Shown here piece after piece: positions 1-10,865 of a stretch of 64,000 nt of DNA. Made by a program: the position numbers and the translations under genes. This DNA comes from a virus. The notes beneath the pieces were generated by a model that saw nothing but the letters and a program-made list of their open reading frames with translations, had not been told where the DNA came from and ran no database searches. Position 1 is the stretch's first letter. Every line of letters begins with the position of its first letter. Location: positions 131,212 to 195,211 of the IMG/VR virus record IMGVR_UViG_3300043540_000321, one strand, 5' to 3'.

Positions 1-132
1 GGAACGGTGAGCACGCGATCACGAGCTACGTCGCATACCCCCTTATGCCTCGAGAAATTGTGGATCTGGGGTTCGATGAGGAAGATTACGCGATGCTCGA
101 AGAAATATGGGCGCAACAAGCGTGAAATAGAC

Positions 133-160
133 CGGAAAGGGTGCGATCGCACCCTTTCCG
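133..160. repeat. Perfect 28-bp palindrome centred on a HIP1 site
   Basis: CGGAAAGGGTGCGA|TCGCACCCTTTCCG, exact reverse complement with no spacer. Confidence 0.95.
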
Positions 161-480
161 AGTAGTACACTTTTGAGAAAATTGTTGCTTCTACCCTGGT
201 GATAAAGGGCAGCTCGATCGCTGGAAGTCCCATTCTTACGTTCGCAAAATGCGATCGAAAAGTAGTACACTTGGGACTGGAAAGGAGTTAAAGCGGACTC
301 AGTATGAGATAAAGGGGTTTGAAGGTGATTTTGAGAGGGTTGAAGTAGGGGTCAAACACTAGATGTGGAATTATACGGCTGTATGAAAAGCCAATTTCAA
401 CTAGCTGATTTGAGTTTGGTAGGGGTCCATATATAGTGTTTAGGGTGGAAAACATAAGAGAAGTGTGGTGCAACCCACAC

Positions 481-540
481 CCTCTCACCCGATCGCACCC
501 TTCCGCATTTCCTCTCATCCGATCGCACCCTTCTGTTATT
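481..540 (+). repeat. Two imperfect 30-bp tandem repeats containing the palindrome half-site
   Basis: CCTCTCACCCGATCGCACCCTTCCGCATTT / CCTCTCATCCGATCGCACCCTTCTGTTATT; CGATCGCACCCTT is shared with 133-160. Confidence 0.9.
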
Positions 541-650
541 TTTCTATCAGAATATTCTGGATATAAATCTTATGTGAGTCTCAACCGACTCGTGAGTGTA
601 GGTTATGAATATTTAAGCTATTACATTAGTGGTTACAGAGTGAGGTCATC

Positions 651-2707
651 ATGTCGAGCACAACGATAATAGACCGAATACAGCGGAGAGCGTCTCAGCC
701 TCCCAAAACTCCTTTAGGGGCGTATCTAATGCTGCGAGAGGTGTTCTTCAACCAGGGATATAAAGAAATTCCTGAGGAGTTTGCCAACAAGGTAGTAGAT
801 AACCTGCGCCAGGTGGAGACTGAAGCTACGGCTACTGTCGAGTAGCCTCAAGCGCACGCAAGCCAGTGTAGGTCTTCGGACTGACGGGCTGGGAATCGAA
901 TTCCTCATGCGCGATTAACTCAACTCCTTGTGGGAAGGGTGGGGCAGTCTTTAGGGGCTGCCCGTTTTCTTATGTCCACTTTTATTAAATTGCGAGGTCA
1001 AGTTTATGTTGAAAGAGAGAGATTTCATTGTTCGGTTACAGGGTGAGACCCTGCGGCATAACCCGGCGGTGTATGTCCATACTGTCAAAGCCTATACCTT
1101 CGCAGAAGCTCTGGAGAAGATGCTTCGTATATGGAACCTGGCATTCAGCGGGCGTCCGAGCTGGTGCAGGGTGTCTTCCGTTGAATGGCACGGCCGCAGG
1201 CTGGAAGTAGTAACGTGGAAGGTCGGTGCGGTATGAGTGAAGTGAGTGAGATACTAGCGAGCGATGGTCCGTTGCTCTACAAAGCGATCGCGCTCGTCGT
1301 TCTGTTTTTCGTGCTGTAATTTGGAAACTTACCGGGCGGGTCTGTTCGGTAAGTTTGTAATGTCACGGAGGTGACTATGTCGCTCGAAGAGAAAATCAAC
1401 AAAATCATCGAGGCTATGTATAACCTTTCTCTAGCTATGGAGTATAGGGAGTGGGGAGACGAGGTGCTCGATGATGAAATTAAAAGACTAAAGAGTGAGT
1501 TCAGAAGGTTAACCGATGAGCTCTGGCAATCAATATAGGATCGAACAGCTCTGGAACTTTCGGGTTCCACCTGACGTCTGGTTGGCGACCAGACGGTCTA
1601 ATTGCGTATCCATATGACCTCCAATCGATGGTACGCCAGGGGTCTTACCAACCCCTTTCTTAATTGACAAATAAATACTCGAGGTAAATTATGTTTACTC
1701 TAAAATGGACAACGTTTGAAGGTGAGGAGCGATCGCAAGTGGTCGGCTCCTACGATTATGCAGTCGGACAAGCCAACTATCTCGGTTCGGCAAATGGTCC
1801 GGCCAGTGTTTTGGATACGAACGGCAACGAACTCTATCGCGTTCAATAGGAGGTGGCGATTATGGTAGCCACAGCTAGTTACTACGTTCAGTGGGAAATC
1901 CCCAAGAAAGTTCATACAGCGAGCTGGAGCCGCAGTCGGCAGCGTACATTCAACGACCACGACAAAGCGATCGCCTTTGCTAGTAAGTTGGGCGAGGGGC
2001 TAAATGTAGTGGTCTACAACCACGAAAGCATGGTTGTATACGGCAAACCTTAAGTTATGCTGTAAATGTCATCTATAGCAATGCGGGTTGAGGTAGGTTC
2101 TCCTGGGGTTCTCGGAGGCCTACCTTTTTCTTTTTTATTAAAATTGTTTATTAAAGTTCGAGAGATTAAACATGCTAGAAGACTGGCAAAATATCTATTA
2201 CTGGAAGTGGACCATCCTAGAGGGAAGTGAGAAATACTTTTCCAAACTCCAAGGCAAACGAGAGAGCGAAAATATCTTGGTGAGACTGGAGGGTTGGATT
2301 ACTAGGACAAAGGGAAATAAATCCTACGGATATAGCTGCCCGGAGTTTAATTCCGATGTGTTCGGGAGAATGGGGAATTATATCTATAAACCCATCCACC
2401 TGAGTAAATCAGAGAAAATCCGGTTCCGGAGATGGCTGCAGGACGCCCTGGCAAACGCGAAACTGATAGAAACAGCCAGCCTTGATGACAGTTCACGTTA
2501 GGAGGCTCTATGTTTGAAGTCTTACTATTTGCAGTCGCCGTATCCATCATCGGTGCGAGGTTCTTCCCCAATACAGACTCCTCAAAGGTGATGACGATCG
2601 CGTTGGTTCTGACGGGTCTCTGTATCACAGGGAAGCTCCTGTACGATCGCGGCTACAACGATGCTTTGTACGACCACGGTTGGAACAGTCCAGCACAACT
2701 TAAGTAA
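651..2707 (+). other. Run of small hypothetical phage-like genes
   Basis: ORFs 651-845, 1006-1236, 1853-2053, 2172-2501 and 2510-2707 (membrane), plus two unlisted <60-aa ORFs near 1377 and 1690; most have SD-like motifs. Confidence 0.6.
2091..2136 (+). terminator. Intrinsic terminator
   Basis: AGGTAGG...CCTACCT stem followed by a T-run. Confidence 0.7.
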
Positions 2708-2917
2708 AGAAATTTTATGGAAGAAACAATCGATACCAGCAAAGGCGATCGACCATCTGTGACAGGGGTGGGAGGGACGGGCTCTGCGATCGCCTTCGCC
2801 GGTTATGTTTTGACTACTTGGGCACGTCACGTTTGGAAGTGGAAGCGATGATAGCCGCTAGGAATGTTCGAGTCATTCCGTGCCCGCATTGTTAACGTAT
2901 TCCGAAAGGAGAAAATT

Positions 2918-3091
2918 ATGAACATCCCAGTTGACGCGATCGTATTCGCGATGCTGTTCGTGTGCTGGTACCTCACCTTCTTAGAGTTGAGTAAGCCAGA
3001 TAAGAAAGATGATGACGACGACGATGACTGGAACGGTGGGCATCCCGTTGGGCATGTCTATCCTATGCCAGTGTGTCAGGAGGTAGCATGA
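2918..3091 (+). CDS. Small membrane protein with poly-Asp/Gly tail
   Basis: AAGGAG SD then ATG 2918; one TM helix followed by DDDDDDDWNGG. Confidence 0.65.
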   Translation: MNIPVDAIVFAMLFVCWYLTFLELSKPDKKDDDDDDDWNGGHPVGHVYPMPVCQEVA

Positions 3092-3519
3092 TCCACGAAG
3101 GTCTCAAATTGGACATGACCAAAATGGTCTGGTCTGAATGGAAGAGACACACATGGCAGTTTGATGATGGCAATACTGTTCCGTATTTTGAATCGACCTG
3201 CGAGGTCGACGTAACTGATACGTTTGACCTTGCTCCAAGGTATGTACTATCGGTCAAGCGATGGCCCAAAAGCATGACTATGACCGTAGTGATTTGCTAC
3301 GCCTACAGTCCAAAAGGCAGTACCCGAATCGAGAAACTTCCCACCAAAGATTTTATCGACCAGTGGGAAGATATCTTGAAACGAGCCCTCGACAAAATCG
3401 TGGAGGACGCCTCGTATTACGACGGAGAGTCTGAGGACTACGACGGCAGTATGGAATGGTGGGGATGGGGAAGTTACGACTATGGTGACTCGCCCTGGAA
3501 AGATTGGTATTACAAATAA
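3088..3519 (+). CDS. Hypothetical protein, acidic/aromatic C-terminus
   Basis: AGGAGG SD, ATGA overlap with the upstream stop. Confidence 0.7.
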   Translation: MIHEGLKLDMTKMVWSEWKRHTWQFDDGNTVPYFESTCEVDVTDTFDLAPRYVLSVKRWPKSMTMTVVICYAYSPKGSTRIEKLPTKDFIDQWEDILKRALDKIVEDASYYDGESEDYDGSMEWWGWGSYDYGDSPWKDWYYK

Positions 3520-3532
3520 CTACCCAAGTCGC

Positions 3533-3565
3533 GAGGGGCGTGCTTTTCACGTCCCTCCTTTTTTT
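3533..3565 (+). terminator. Intrinsic terminator
   Basis: GAGGGGCGTG/CACGTCCCTC stem plus T7. Confidence 0.8.
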
Positions 3566-3717
3566 AATAAACTCAGTTCGAACCGTTCGTTTATTAAAAC
3601 TGATGTATCCTTGAGAGGGCTTGTAGGATGTCTGGATTTGGACTAGCATCTTCAGAGAACCGCAAGGGATTATTAAAACCAGTAGGTGTGAAGCATTTGT
3701 ATTAAAGGAAAAATCTT

Positions 3718-4467
3718 ATGTCGAGCATTGCTGAAACTGAAACTGGATTTGAACATGCCGGTGAGAAAAATAGCCTGGCAGTCATGCGTCCCAATCCACC
3801 TCAACCAATTGCTCACGAAGCCGCTGGAGTAGACCCCACTGAGGAGAAACCAGCGATCGAGGAGTCCCTGGAGTCTGTGGAGACAGGAGACGGCGTAGAT
3901 GTCAGCGGTATTGAAGCTCAGATGATCCACGGATGGGTCATGTCTGCCGTAGAGAAATACGGCATGATCGGCATGGACTTAGCGGTCTATAAGATCAACG
4001 GCACACGCATTCAAAACAACTACGCAGTGGACCCCAAGAACTCGAACATGATTGTTGTTCGGGTCAAACTTCCCTTTGTAAGTCTCCAATACGAAGAGGT
4101 GACGAAGGGAGATGGGGAAAACAGCGTCACGAAAAGTGTTCTGTCCAGTTTCGTCTTACCAGCAGAAAGGCTAAACCGTCCGGAGAGAGGTGACCAGATG
4201 ATCTGGGTCGCAAACTCATGCTCACTGATTATTGTGTTGCCCGATGAAAGTCGAATCCATCCGATCATCAGGAATGGAGAGCACGCCCGTCTGAGAAAGG
4301 GACAGGGTGAGTATTTGCACACCATTTACAACTTCAAGGAGGCAAAGGTTGCCTCAGTGCGGTGTAAGAAAGTGACTCCTAAGCCTGTTCTAAAACCAAG
4401 GTCAAACTTCACTAAAGGAGCAGACGAATGTTCAAGCCAATTATTATTGGCGTCGTCGTCTGTCTGA
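3718..4467 (+). CDS. Hypothetical protein (249 aa)
   Basis: Long ORF, acidic N-terminus, no recognised motif. Confidence 0.7.
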   Translation: MSSIAETETGFEHAGEKNSLAVMRPNPPQPIAHEAAGVDPTEEKPAIEESLESVETGDGVDVSGIEAQMIHGWVMSAVEKYGMIGMDLAVYKINGTRIQNNYAVDPKNSNMIVVRVKLPFVSLQYEEVTKGDGENSVTKSVLSSFVLPAERLNRPERGDQMIWVANSCSLIIVLPDESRIHPIIRNGEHARLRKGQGEYLHTIYNFKEAKVASVRCKKVTPKPVLKPRSNFTKGADECSSQLLLASSSV

Positions 4468-4829
4468 TGCTCATCGGCGTCGGACAGAGAGGGGCTAAAA
4501 AGAATGTCTCCCTCTGCGACGCCGAATCAGCCCAGGAGGGCACCTTCATCTTTGATGCTCAGGCTGGAAATGCGAACAATGGAGTAGTCACCCTTTCAAA
4601 CGGGGGCTGCTCCATTTCTGTATTTACCCAGATTGATGTCAAAGGTATTCATGGAAAGGCAACCGCTATCAAATCAACGAATGGGAGTTACGAACTGCAA
4701 AGTTGGAACCCTGTCGATGACATCGAGTGGGTGAGAGTCAATCGGATTGTTCCGAAGGGCGGGCACACCTACGGTCAAGATGATAAAGGAGCCTGGTTCA
4801 GAGTCAATTCGGCTGACCTGGCACAATAG
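4428..4829 (+). CDS. Putative secreted or membrane-anchored protein
   Basis: AAGGAG SD; hydrophobic N-terminus MFKPIIIGVVVCLMLIGVG. Confidence 0.65.
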   Translation: MFKPIIIGVVVCLMLIGVGQRGAKKNVSLCDAESAQEGTFIFDAQAGNANNGVVTLSNGGCSISVFTQIDVKGIHGKATAIKSTNGSYELQSWNPVDDIEWVRVNRIVPKGGHTYGQDDKGAWFRVNSADLAQ

Positions 4830-5025
4830 CAAGGCGATCGCGGTATCATAAGTCAATCCAACAAGGATGATGCCGCGGAGTCAGCCGATGTTGGATTTTA
4901 TGGCGAGCCAGACAATCTGGTGGCCGTTTCGGGCGGAAGGCTGGAGCTTGCTCTCCCTTCCGTCCGTTACAAAGTTTCAAGAGCGCCCCGTACCCAGCCG
5001 GACAGGATAGGTTGAAGTCCTCCAA
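4810..5025 (+). ncRNA. Candidate structured RNA with a pseudoknot
   Basis: Helices 4810-4817/4880-4887, 4839-4849/4867-4877, loop-to-downstream 4855-4863/4889-4897, and 4931-4940/4956-4965 with an inner CUUG tetraloop. Confidence 0.55.
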
Positions 5026-5074
5026 AATATTGCTCTAGTCATTAACCATTTACTGATTTTCTAGGAGAAAGACA

Positions 5075-6175
5075 ATGCTTACACTACTCGCGGGAGGAGT
5101 GCTTGGCACCGCCGTGGGGTGGTTGTTCGCACGTATCCCTGGACTCTCTTCAATGCACGCGATGTGGCTGTCCATGATCATTGGATTAATAAATCCTGCA
5201 GCCAGTGTCGCAGCAGTAGCATCGAGCTACATCGTTTCAACATTCCTGGGCTCAGCTAAAGAAGCACTGACCCCAATGTTGTCGGGCGATATTAATGCAG
5301 TAGCGGCTGGAGACCCAGCGGCGGCTGTGTACCTAGACACAAAAGATTTCGCTCAGAACATTTTCTGGGGGAAATTCGCAGGTCTGGTTGCTGGTTTAAT
5401 GGCTGGATGTTTCATGTGGTGGCTGATGCCTGGAAGCATAGGGATGCTAGTGGCGATCGCACTCATGGCGATCAGTACCCGCAGGCTCGGAAACAAATGG
5501 GTGAACCTCGCGTTCATCCTGGTCAGTCAGCTATTCTTCTGGGTAGCTCCAATAGTCGGAATCAGTCAACCCATATTTGCTCTGGTTACAAGTTTTTACA
5601 TGATTCCATCGTGCCTGGGCGCTCATTTTACAGAGAACATAGGCTATGGAACAGACAAGGTCTCCTTCAAGAACGAAGGAACGAAAGGGTTCTTCAGTGC
5701 AATCCTATCGCTGGTATCGCCCGGTATGAGTCCAGGGTTCCTGGTGCTCAGCACGGCGAAGAAGACCAACCCCGCTATTCAGGTCGCGGTGGCTGGAGCC
5801 AGTATGTTCTTAGAAGGGTTCGCCATCTCGGCTGCCCTCAATGGAAGAACCGTTCATAAGGCTGTCCTCGGAATCGAGGTGGGAGAGCAAAATATCACCA
5901 CGCCATTGGCAATTATGCTATTGGTGCTGGCGATGCTCTGTCAAAGATGGCTACCCCAGACCTACACACATTATCTGGCGATAGTCCGAAACAAACGCAA
6001 CTTCGAAATGGCGAAGCATATCTCACTCGTAGCAGCTATTGGCACATGTGCTGTCTGTGCAGGCTGGCTTAGTGTGGTGCTAATTCCAGTTGGGCTGCTG
6101 CTCAATAGTCTAATTAAAGAGACTGGAACGCCTGGCACCGTACGATCGATGTTATTCGCCGGGGCTTTGCTATAG
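5075..6175 (+). CDS. Polytopic membrane protein, TctA (tripartite tricarboxylate transporter permease)-like
   Basis: About 10 or more hydrophobic segments; G..G.L...IPGL near the N-terminus and a second SPGMSPG motif mid-protein, resembling the internally duplicated TctA motifs. Confidence 0.5.
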   Translation: MLTLLAGGVLGTAVGWLFARIPGLSSMHAMWLSMIIGLINPAASVAAVASSYIVSTFLGSAKEALTPMLSGDINAVAAGDPAAAVYLDTKDFAQNIFWGKFAGLVAGLMAGCFMWWLMPGSIGMLVAIALMAISTRRLGNKWVNLAFILVSQLFFWVAPIVGISQPIFALVTSFYMIPSCLGAHFTENIGYGTDKVSFKNEGTKGFFSAILSLVSPGMSPGFLVLSTAKKTNPAIQVAVAGASMFLEGFAISAALNGRTVHKAVLGIEVGEQNITTPLAIMLLVLAMLCQRWLPQTYTHYLAIVRNKRNFEMAKHISLVAAIGTCAVCAGWLSVVLIPVGLLLNSLIKETGTPGTVRSMLFAGALL

Positions 6176-6514
6176 TAGGAACAGGTTTTTCGTAGTGAAA
6201 ACCTTCTTTTTTTGTAATTTACAGAAGGGCTGGTACTCCAGCCCTTCTTTGTGCCTTATACTGAAAGGGCTTATTGGGTTGTGTGCCTTACTAAAAAGGA
6301 TGGAGAAATTCTCCGTCCTTTTTTTATCAATAACAGGACGTAAAACCGAACACCGTAACGCAGCCCACCTAGAATAGAGAAGTGATTGGGAATGGGAGCT
6401 TTCGGTCTCCTTTTTTAATGCCCACAGGACGCGATCGCAGATAATGTCAGCACCCCGCACTGAAGTGACGGGGCTTCTCGGAGGTTCCGGTGAAAAATCC
6501 TTAGAGGTATTTTT

Positions 6515-7072
6515 ATGGATGACGCTAGAAATTTATTCAGCCCAGCTCTCACATTTGCCCAAAAGGAATTTGCTGAGATATTCCTCGACTATATGGTGGC
6601 AGACACCTGGTCGAAGCTCATTTATTTAGAGGCGGAATACAGAAAGGAGGTCACCCGTAGAATTTCTAAGTCACCCGATGCAGATATTCAAAGGCTCCAG
6701 CTCGGTCTACAGCAGATGGCAAACAGCCGAGAGATACGCCCACCCTATGAGGAGCCAGGAGGGCTCAGTGCCCATAAGATATTCTCCAGGATAGCTGTAG
6801 TAAGTGAATACCCACTCCCCTACGAAGGCGATAGGGAATGGGCATTAAAGCAGATGAGAGAGATTAAGGAGCGGGTTGGTCTCGAAGACCATGCCATAAT
6901 CCAGAAGATTTCCCTGAACCAGACCGAGCTCGGCAGACTATTTGAAGTAGGGGGAGACCTGTACTTCCGATCGTTTATTTGCTGGCAGGAGGGGTGTGAG
7001 GGATACGACCACGATTGTATTCGAGAGCGGATAGATTGGCTGAATGAGGCTGGATTACTGGCTGAGCGTTAG
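6515..7072 (+). CDS. Hypothetical protein (185 aa)
   Basis: AGAGG SD, open ORF. Confidence 0.65.
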   Translation: MDDARNLFSPALTFAQKEFAEIFLDYMVADTWSKLIYLEAEYRKEVTRRISKSPDADIQRLQLGLQQMANSREIRPPYEEPGGLSAHKIFSRIAVVSEYPLPYEGDREWALKQMREIKERVGLEDHAIIQKISLNQTELGRLFEVGGDLYFRSFICWQEGCEGYDHDCIRERIDWLNEAGLLAER

Positions 7073-7603
7073 CCTTTAGGGTCTCCCTTAAAGACACTCC
7101 ACAACCACTCAAGGAAACGACCAAATCCCTTCTCATCAAAGGGGCCGTCATCCAATGCGGGTGGTGGGACAGGCGTTACGTGTCTATCTTGATCTTTCTT
7201 GTCGAAGGCACAATGAACGACGGGGCCGAACCCTGTTGTAGTGTGTTGGAAAGTAGAGTCCGTTTCAAGGAATCTCTGGTTGAATTTTGTGACGCGCTCT
7301 CCACTTAGATACACATACTCCGCGCTTGTATTGAAAGCGACCTTCGTATTGGGGGCTACAGTGCCTATGTAGTGAGTCCAAATCAAAGTTCGAGTTAGAT
7401 TAAACCGGGAGTTTGGAAAGGCAGAGGGTCCAAACGAGGTAACAACCGGAATGATGGCTCCATCGTTGATAGTGAGTGCGGCATGAACTTTATTTGCTCC
7501 TCTGGAGAAGTAAAGGTCGTAATTCTGAGAATGAGGTGCGTTTGGGTTTAAGAAAATAGTGGCACTTGCGGCTACCACGCCCTGAAGAGTAGACTTGTTG
7601 CTT
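7069..7603 (-). pseudogene. 5'-truncated member of the secreted two-Cys family
   Basis: Frame open to ~7603 (SNKSTLQGVVAAS...), where it meets the IS5 end; WTHYIGTVAPNTKV and GPVVHC resemble WMQQLGIITPGTQL and YPSVLC of 60252-60980. Confidence 0.6.
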
Positions 7604-8272
7604 TATAAGGTAGATTAATTTTATCTTCTGATAAGGTATCAGACTATGCTCAACCTTCATCGTGCGCTGGAAAATGACCGCCTGTTGAGGGCGTTAACTG
7701 GGCTGAATCGCAAAGCGTTTGACGAGTTGTGCGAGATCTTCGGTGCAGTCTATCAAGAGACACTCCAAAGCGATCTTAAACCACGAAAACGAGCTAGAGG
7801 CGGGGAGAGGAAAGCTCGGTTGGGGAGTATGGCAGCCAAACTATTCTTCATCTTGTTCTATTTCAAGTGTTACCCGACGTTCGATGTTTTAAGCTTCCTG
7901 TTTGATTTAGAACGGGGCCGAGCGAATCGGTGGATGCATCGTCTACAAAGGATTCTGGAAACAGCTCTGGGTAAGAAGATGGTGTTACCCGAACGGAAAC
8001 TCGAAAGTATTGAGCAGTTTCTAGAACGGTTTCCAGCGGTGAGGGAGGTGATTTTGGGTGGGACAGAACGTCCCGTGCAGCGTCCCAAAGATACCGAGAA
8101 ACAGAAGCAGCATTACTCTGGCAAGAAGAAACGGCATACTCGCAAGCACATCACGGGTAGCACGCGAACCAAGCGAGTGATTATCCTGACCCCAGCCAGA
8201 GCTGGGAAGATGCATGATAAGCGGCAACTGGATGAAGCAGATTTGGTGGGCCTGGTGTGCGATCAATGTTAA
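7604..8272 (+). mobile_element. Truncated IS5-family (DDE_Tnp_4 type) transposase remnant
   Basis: ORF 7646-8272 has LFFILFYFKCYPTFD (HTH) and TERPVQRP...YSGKKKRHT; first catalytic Asp appears as Gly (VILGGTERP); sequence diverges after DEADLVG; left boundary approximate. Confidence 0.85.
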
Positions 8273-8285
8273 CTGAGAGGACTCG

Positions 8286-10295
8286 ATGAGAATTTCAGAC
8301 CCAGCCGAAACCAACGAAGCATTTTACACTCTACAGAAGGCTGTGGAGCAAAGAAACTTTCTAGTCGCATTGATCGAAGGGAAGTATCAAGCGTATTGTC
8401 TCCTACGGGCGGAAGCACAAACCACAGAGGAATTCCTTATCCTCCTGGGTGCTAATCTAGTCCTGGAACGTTTACTGGAAGAGATCGGCAAGGGCCATCT
8501 GTGTGACCCTGAGTTCGTCGAACCGAGTCTTCTAAAGAAAGCCCGCTTGCCCTATTTCTTTGGTAATGAGTATGACTATGCCCTCGGAGAAGATAACAGC
8601 GACGGCTGAAAATTTAATTCAGCATTCGATTGAGTTCGTCTACAAAGGAATGGTCATTAAAGGGGAGATCCTGACCCGTTTGCGCCCAGACACGGCCACT
8701 CTGGAGCAACCTTACCTGAGAGTAAATGGGCGGAACCCTGTGCTGATTCCATACAGTCTTCAGATGACAGCGGTTAAAATCATCTCTGCGCAGCGAATGG
8801 ACGATGAATACAATAAGCTGTGCGAAAAACTTTTTCGAGGTTGTTTATTTCCATAGAGGGAAAGAAATATGAACTTTAAGGCACGTTTCCTAACGACGTT
8901 AGCCTGCCTCCTACTCGGGTTTGCTGGGTTTGCTACAGCAGGCGGTAAGAGGTTCGCCAGCAACCTTTCCGCTGTGTTAATCGGAGTTGGAGTTGGGATG
9001 ACCCTGAACGAAGCCTTCCGGCGAGAGGACGAAGTTTTTGGGGATGAGAATGATGACAGTCGTTTTTACTAAATATGCCGCAGAGTTAAGGACAGATATC
9101 AAGCAGCGGACTCGACTCTGCGGTATTAAGAACAATACCTATGGGTCGGGGCTAAACCTTATAGCCAAGATGGTGGCGCTGGCAAAGACCGACTTCCCTT
9201 TCCTCATTGACGGAGACTTCTGGGTAGTGTCTTATGACGGCGACCGCTGGAAGAGGCAAACTGGTATCGAATTTGAAGTACCCACTGAATGTCCACTGCC
9301 TAAGGATTACCAAGTGTGCGATCGCCTGGAGTATATCTTCGCTGGGAATAAATCTTGATCGATTGATGGAGCAAGTATGAAGCCAACGCAAATATTTTAC
9401 ACAGGAGTAGTTATAATAGTCCTGGGGATTGCTGGAGCCTTTGGGGGTCTCTGTACCGGGAGTAAAGGGCTGTCGCTCTTTAGCCTTTTCGGTCTAGCCT
9501 TCGGAGGAGGAGTGATGACGGCTGGAGTTTTAGCATCGGCGAAACCTGACAATGACCTCTACTAACACAAAACGAAGAACCGACCACTGGTGGGAGTTCT
9601 CTCACGATTTAATAAAAACTCACGCTTTTCCAGGCGTAGTTGAAAATGTCAATTTGCGATGGCAGTCCCCCAGCTCCGGACGGGATATCGATATGATACC
9701 GCTCGGTAACGACCTGGCCCTCATCCTGCCGATCGGACTGAACGATACGGAGGAAGACCCAGAGCTGGATCAGGCTCTAATAAACGCAGAGAGGATAGAA
9801 GCCCATTGGAGGAGTTACTGTGAGGAAAACGGACTTCCTACTTCTAAGGTAAGTACGAATGTTGAAAGTATCCTGTCTCTTGTCTACCCATTTGTCGATC
9901 GCATTGCGGGCAGTACTGTTCCTTACGTCATCACCTTTAACCAGAACGACCTGACTGAGTATTTTACAGCTCAGATAAAGGAGCGGGACTGGGAGTTTAT
10001 TAAGCAAAAGGCCCTCTCCAATACTGAAGAAGTCTGTGGAGAGCCCGACTTGAGAGAGGGGTCTGCATTCCTTGGTTCAGTGATGAGCCTTACGCCCAGT
10101 GGCAAGGTGTATATGCCCTGGTCTTCTAATGTGACCCATGAGGAAGCCTGGATTGACTCTGTTTGGTGGGAGGCCTTGGAGAGTGTCGCCGAACAGTATG
10201 GGATGTATGTGGGGTGTGGTGAAGAGTGTGCGAGTGATGTGTTCGCGTTTATAGAGGTCAAAGTCGAGGAGGACGCTGATGACGACGACCGTTAG
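8286..10295 (+). other. Run of hypothetical genes
   Basis: Overlapping or coupled ORFs 8286-8609, 8560-8856, 8869-9072 (TM), 9038-9358, 9377-9565 (TM) and 9552-10295 (acidic). Confidence 0.65.
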
Positions 10296-10774
10296 CAATG
10301 TAGGCGAGTCTATTATCCTGCGCTTGCCCGAGTTCGGAGAGCATCTAGACAAAGGACTCGAGATGATTATTGGAATCTATATGAGCTGTATACCTTTTTG
10401 ATCGAGCTGCTTAAGCAGTTCGGAAATCTCGATGTCCGGATTAAAGGAGGAGACCTCTGAAGTCTCTCTTCTCTTATCTGCGTATTGCAGGTACTGGGTT
10501 TGAGTCTTACGTCGACGAAGAAAGTGTCAAGAAGTGGTTGAAAGTCAATAGACCGGATGATTACGGAATCCTTTTTCAAGAGGAGGAAACTGATGACGAT
10601 CTACTTTAGATCGCTTAAAATCGAACCTGAAGAGACCGTAGCTGTATGTGATGTCTACAGCGCGGGACGGGATTACTACTAACTTGTGATGTCAGTTATT
10701 AGTGAAATGAACCAAGGGAGCCCCTGTGAATAAGGCTCCCTTTCTTTGCCCAGAGGTTTCTCCCGTTGAAGTTG

Positions 10775-10819
10775 GAAGCCCGCGCTCTATCGCCTAGCGA
10801 TGAGCGTCGGGTAATTCAC
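10775..10819 (+). mobile_element. Orphan IS200/IS605 right end (TnpB reRNA-type)
   Basis: GAAGCCCGCGCTCTATCGCCTAGCGATGAGCGTCGGGTAATTCAC: subterminal hairpin ending TCAC, with no tnpB upstream. Confidence 0.7.
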
Positions 10820-10865
10820 TAATCAACCGGAGGTGCTCGAGGAGTGCCAACCTATAACATAAAGA

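Noticed and set aside
161-272. AGTAGTACACTT as a cyanobacterial LexA box
   Set aside because: Only one GTAC half-site; the second half does not match RGTAC-N3-DGTWC
10820-10865. Theta/HDV-like ribozyme downstream of the tRNA
   Set aside because: Could not build the nested double pseudoknot
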